Assembly (NCBI GenBank): GCA_965178125.1
Contig: OZ237756.1
Coordinates: 868,001 to 932,000, forward strand
Reading direction: 5' to 3'
Length of the DNA stretch: 64,000 nucleotides
Source of the DNA: Bilabrum cf. latius
Taxonomy: Eukaryota
Shown: piece by piece, positions 60,193-64,000 of the stretch
Layout of the letters: each line of letters opens with the position of its first letter
Position numbering within the stretch: position 1 is the first letter of the stretch
Notes under the pieces: generated by a model
What the model was told of the DNA's origin: nothing
The model's database searches: none
The model's input: only the letters and a program-made list of their open reading frames with translations
Translations under genes and position numbers: made by a program

Positions 60193-62503
60193 ATGCAGCA
60201 TTTTGATACCGCCTTCCATGCGATTGTATATAGCCTGGGTAACCTGATTTGTACTGCATCGCGCAGTGGCAGGGGGTAAGACGACAATAGGTCGAATCCT
60301 GACGAGAGATGGGTACGTCGTGATTGACGCCGAAAAGGTCAAGAGTCAGGTAATACGAGACGAAAAAGACCCCAAAATAACTCGTAAAGTAGCGCAACTG
60401 GCTGGATATGAATCGATTGGGGTAAGTGGCAGGGTTTCAATCGATGTAATCAAGTCGAAAATACAGAGGGACCCAGAGCTCAGACGGCGCCTAGAAAAGC
60501 TCTTTTGGAAAGCAGTTGAAGCGCGGATCAGGGGGACATTGGACGCACTTGAGCGTGGGGATACAGAGGCCGCGGGAACCTACGTAGAGGGGGGTAGGGT
60601 GGTTGTGCAGGCAGCAGCGAAGAGCGGCAGGCGCCTGCTGTTCGTCCAGGCCAAGCATCTCCTCCGACTGGGCTGGCAGCGGCGGCTGGCCGTCAGGGAA
60701 GTGTGGGCCGCTTGGTGTCCCCGGCGTGAAGCCATTCGCCGCATCATGATCAAGGGGTAGGGTGGTGTGACGAGCGAGCGCGCTGCTCGCCTGCTCGATG
60801 ACGGCCCCTCTCCGTCCGAGTCTGCGGCCGCCGCGCACGTGGTCATCGGCACGCACGCCTTCGAGGGGACAGAGGCGCTGAGGGGAGTGGTGCTGCAGGA
60901 GGCGGGAAAGAGAGCCAAGGGGGGGTGGCACCAGGGGGGTGCGGGAGAGGGCGAGGGCGGGGCTGGGGCTGGGGTTACGGGAGAGATAGAATCAGGCGAG
61001 GGCATGAAGGGAGAGGGCAGGGCGGGAGCCGGGACGGGAGGCAGCAGCGGGAGCACTGCAGGGGCCAGCACGGCCAGCACAGAGGCAGTGGTATCGGGAA
61101 CAGCCTAGGGAACAAGCCAGGGAACTGCAAGGGCAGGTGCCGTAGAGTCTGGGGGCGCGTTGGTGCTGGGCGCCGCGCCGTGGTACGACCCCACGGGGTA
61201 TGATTCCCATGGAGGCGACGCCGCGGAGACGAGCGAGGCAGTCTCCTCGGACGAGTCCGTGCTGCTGGTAGACCGGAACAACAGGCCCGTGGGTCCCATC
61301 CCGCGGTCCCGCATGCGCCAGGAGAACCTGTGGCACCGTGCCAGCTTCGTGTTCATCCGCACGGGGATCGGTCTCCTGCTGGTGCAGCTCCGATCGAGGG
61401 GCAAAGACTACTGCCCCTCGCACTTCGACACCTCCACCGGTGGAGTGGTGGGCGCAAACGAGGCCGATGACATGGATGGGTCAGCGGCCAGGGAGGTGGC
61501 CGAGGAGGTGGGCATCCTGGTGGAGGCGCCGGCATGGCGGGGGGACGCGCTGCCCAGTGCATCAGAGAGGGCGGGCGATGACGCTGCAAGTGCGAGTAGC
61601 GGGCACGACGAAGCCCGCGATGCACCTAGCGCTAGCACTGGCGAGTCCAAACAATCCACTGCTGTGGCACCACGGGCAGAGGAAGGCGCGGGTGGGCTGG
61701 AGACATCCGTGCTAGGACTGTCAGAGGGAGGGCGCGCGGGGGATGGTAGCAGGGGCCCTCATGGGGAGGGTCTCATGTCTGTCTCCGCGGTGGGGGGTGC
61801 TGGGGGGCAGGATGGGGCAGCGGGGGGGGATTTCCCCCGACCCGTGCGCGGCGCCCGTCTGTCGTTCATGGGTTGGACCAGGTACGAGGACGAGAGAGCG
61901 AGGTGCTGGTGCGCCGTGTATGACCTGAGAGTACCCTCTTAGCCGCGGCTGCAGCTGCAGGCCAGTGAGGTGGAGGACGCACGGTGGGTGTCTCTGGAGG
62001 AGATCCGTCGAGGTCGCAAGGCGGGGCAGAGGTGGACCCCTGACGGGACAGAGGTGCTAGGGAGGTATGTGAGGGCAATGGGGGGAGACCTCAGCAGGGA
62101 TCACGCGCCCGCGCCGGTGGGATCGTGTGAGATGCTCAGGCTGGGACCGGGAGCGGACGGCGGCGAGGGTGCGAGCTGGGCTGCGAGCACTCTGCCGGGA
62201 GATTGCAGCAAGGGCGGTGGATCGGATGGGGGTCATCGTGCGGGAGAAAGCGCCGGAGACTCGCAGGAGAGTGGGAAGGATTCGGCGATTCGGTGGGGGC
62301 GGCTGGCGGGACTAGCGGTGGGGCTGGCTGGATCATCTGTGCTGCTGCACTACATGCGCGACCATTGGAAACCGAAGGGGGGTGGTTTGGCGGGGCGAGT
62401 GTACGACGCCTGTGCCATGCCTGGACAAGCCACTGTGAAGGGTGCTATGGCTGCGAAGCAAGCAGCATTGCAGTTGACAGCCCGTGGAAGCAGGACAATG
62501 TGA
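60193..62503 (+). CDS. Dephospho-CoA-kinase-like domain fused to an IDI/YfcD-like Nudix hydrolase, with C-terminal hydrophobic segment
   Basis: AGGKTTIGRIL..GYVVIDAEK..DPELRRRLEKL..EVWAAWCPRREAIRRIM (CoaE-like), then LVDRNNRPVG..LWHRASFVF..VQLRSRGKDYCPSHFD..GGVVGANE..AAREVAEEVGI (Nudix box)..LQASEVEDARW..WTPDG. One frame across TAGs at 60758, 61106 and 61940. The start assumes a 28-nt intron. Confidence 0.8.
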
Positions 62504-62796
62504 TCCGTTGCTTTAAAAACTCCGTTTTGAGATTTGTATGTCCTACGGATCCAGATACATCCGATATTGCACTCGATCCGGATTCCGGAGTCCAGAATGG
62601 ATCAGGTTTAGACCCCAGCCTGAGGGCCTGCTAAATCAATAGTTTCCTCTCGTCTACTGTGATTAATCAGCCTAAGATTCCCTTGTGCGCGTCTTTGCCC
62701 GCCCGTCTATGCCTTTCTGCCAGAATCATCAGGTTGGGTCACAAAACCCCTGGGCTACCGTCTGTGTTGCCTAGCATCGCGAGGTTTCCTCTGGCA

Positions 62797-63452
62797 TGAC
62801 CCCCTACAGTTGCTCTATCTGAAGCATCGGCTGCGACTGAGCCGCCACGACTGTACTGGCCGGTGTGCATGTGCCGGGCAGGGTCAGCTGTTCGTTCGCG
62901 AACGTTCAGCTGATACTGGCGTGATCTTGTGATCGTCCGGCGAGGTGTCATTCCGGTTCGAGTCTACACTGGGGAAAGAGAGAGATCAGCCCCTGCGCTT
63001 GACAGGACTAGCAAAGAAATACAGAAGCCGCCTTAGCCAGTAGCTTTTGTCTCTCCCACCCACCCAAGACTCGGCCAAGGGGGAGGCAGCCAAGAGGGCT
63101 GCCTGGGGATGTAGTGATTTGTGTGAATTGATTGACCCATTGGCAGGGAGTCGTTTCTCTGAGACGACGGGGCGCACCGGCCGTGCCGGCAGGGTTGCGG
63201 GCCAGTGGACCAGGTGACTCCGAGGCGGGAGCCCACCCCAGGTCCTGTGCCCCGTCGCTCTCTTTCTCAGCACCATTAACTGGTGGGTCTACACATTTGT
63301 TAATGAACTCCGAGCAAGCATTACAAGATCTGTCGCAGACTAAGCAGGACCTTACCTCTACTAACTTTGACGTGACCCCCCACAGTTGCTCTATCCGAAG
63401 AATCGGCTGCGACTGAGCCGCCACGACTGTACTGGCCGGTGTACATGCGCCG
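62797..63452. repeat. ~80-bp dispersed direct repeat (62797..62876 and 63373..63452)
   Basis: Both copies read tgacccc..acagttgctctatc.gaag.atcggctgcgactgagccgccacgactgtactggccggtgt.catg.gccg with few mismatches. Confidence 0.9.
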
Positions 63453-64000
63453 TCGCCGCCTACCCATGACCAGACCTGTACTATCACGAAGAATACGACG
63501 ACGACGGCCAAGCCGTGGAACCGCCAAGCCAACTGCTTCATCAGCCGCACCCCCAGCCTAACCCGAGTCCTGACGGGGCATCCTGCATATAGGGCACGTA
63601 CTTTCCCTACCCCTGTGCCTCTGCGCCTCAAACCACCCCTCAATGCAGTCCTTGTGGAACACATGCCCGCACTGCAGCGCCATAGGCTCGTGCTCACCCT
63701 CAGCATCCTTCACGTCATCTCCCAGACACACCAAGCACACACGATCATTATCGTCAGGGTCTCGCCCCTCATCCACCTCGCACGTGTCGGTGGTAGGCCC
63801 CACAAGCGCCCCGAGACAGGCCGCCCCGCCAGCAGCTGCTACTGCTTGCTTCAGCTCTTCTGACCCTGCAGCAATATTCCACAGGGCCCCAGCGGCCCAA
63901 GCTGACTCGATTCCCGCTCTCGATCTTTGCATAGCAACAAGTGCAGCCGGAACACCTGCATCGACAAGAGCTTGCTTGATGTCAACATACCCACGAGATA
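63321..64000 (-). CDS. ARM-repeat + RING-H2 protein (putative E3 ligase), 5' end outside the window
   Basis: AAGALWNIAAGSEELKQAVAAAG (ARM), then CLVC..CGHVFHKDC..W..CPIC (C3H2C3). The frame continues through TAG 63558 to TAA 63321; the 3' end may be spliced further. Confidence 0.85.

Noticed and set aside
1-64000. Pyrrolysine or programmed readthrough at TAG
   Set aside because: Eukaryotic context, no pyl genes seen, no shared downstream context, many TAGs per gene, and the aligned residue is mostly Gln.
1-64000. tRNA (including a CUA suppressor) or rRNA genes
   Set aside because: No cloverleaf or rRNA signature recognised by eye; a covariance-model search would be needed to exclude them.

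Overview
GC-rich, gene-dense nuclear DNA of a flagellated eukaryote, with GT-AG introns, an axonemal dynein heavy chain and CCDC65/DRC2. A stramenopile-like protist is only my impression. The main result is a non-standard genetic code: TAG is a sense codon, most probably Gln, while TGA and more rarely TAA still terminate genes. About 80 in-frame TAGs (hand count) interrupt otherwise intact reading frames in nearly every gene. Several fall on conserved Gln positions of serine racemase and dynein, and three align to CAA/CAG in a tandem paralog. Read with TAG=Gln, the fragmented ORF track collapses into about 18 genes. These are a cullin with a >=41x15-aa repeat insert, three hypothetical proteins, a His/Cys-rich surface protein, two PINK1-like kinase-ARM paralogs, POLE3/DPB4, an ANK-PH-WW-fimbrin protein, an ANK-pseudokinase-WW protein, CCDC65, DUF3253, outer-arm dynein beta HC, serine racemase, a coiled-coil protein, an SLC35B4-like transporter, a dephospho-CoA-kinase/Nudix fusion and an ARM-RING protein. 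A second signal is the 9-mer GTGACGAGT, seen at least 18 times on both strands in coding and non-coding DNA. All translations and family calls were made by eye from remembered consensus motifs, without database searches.
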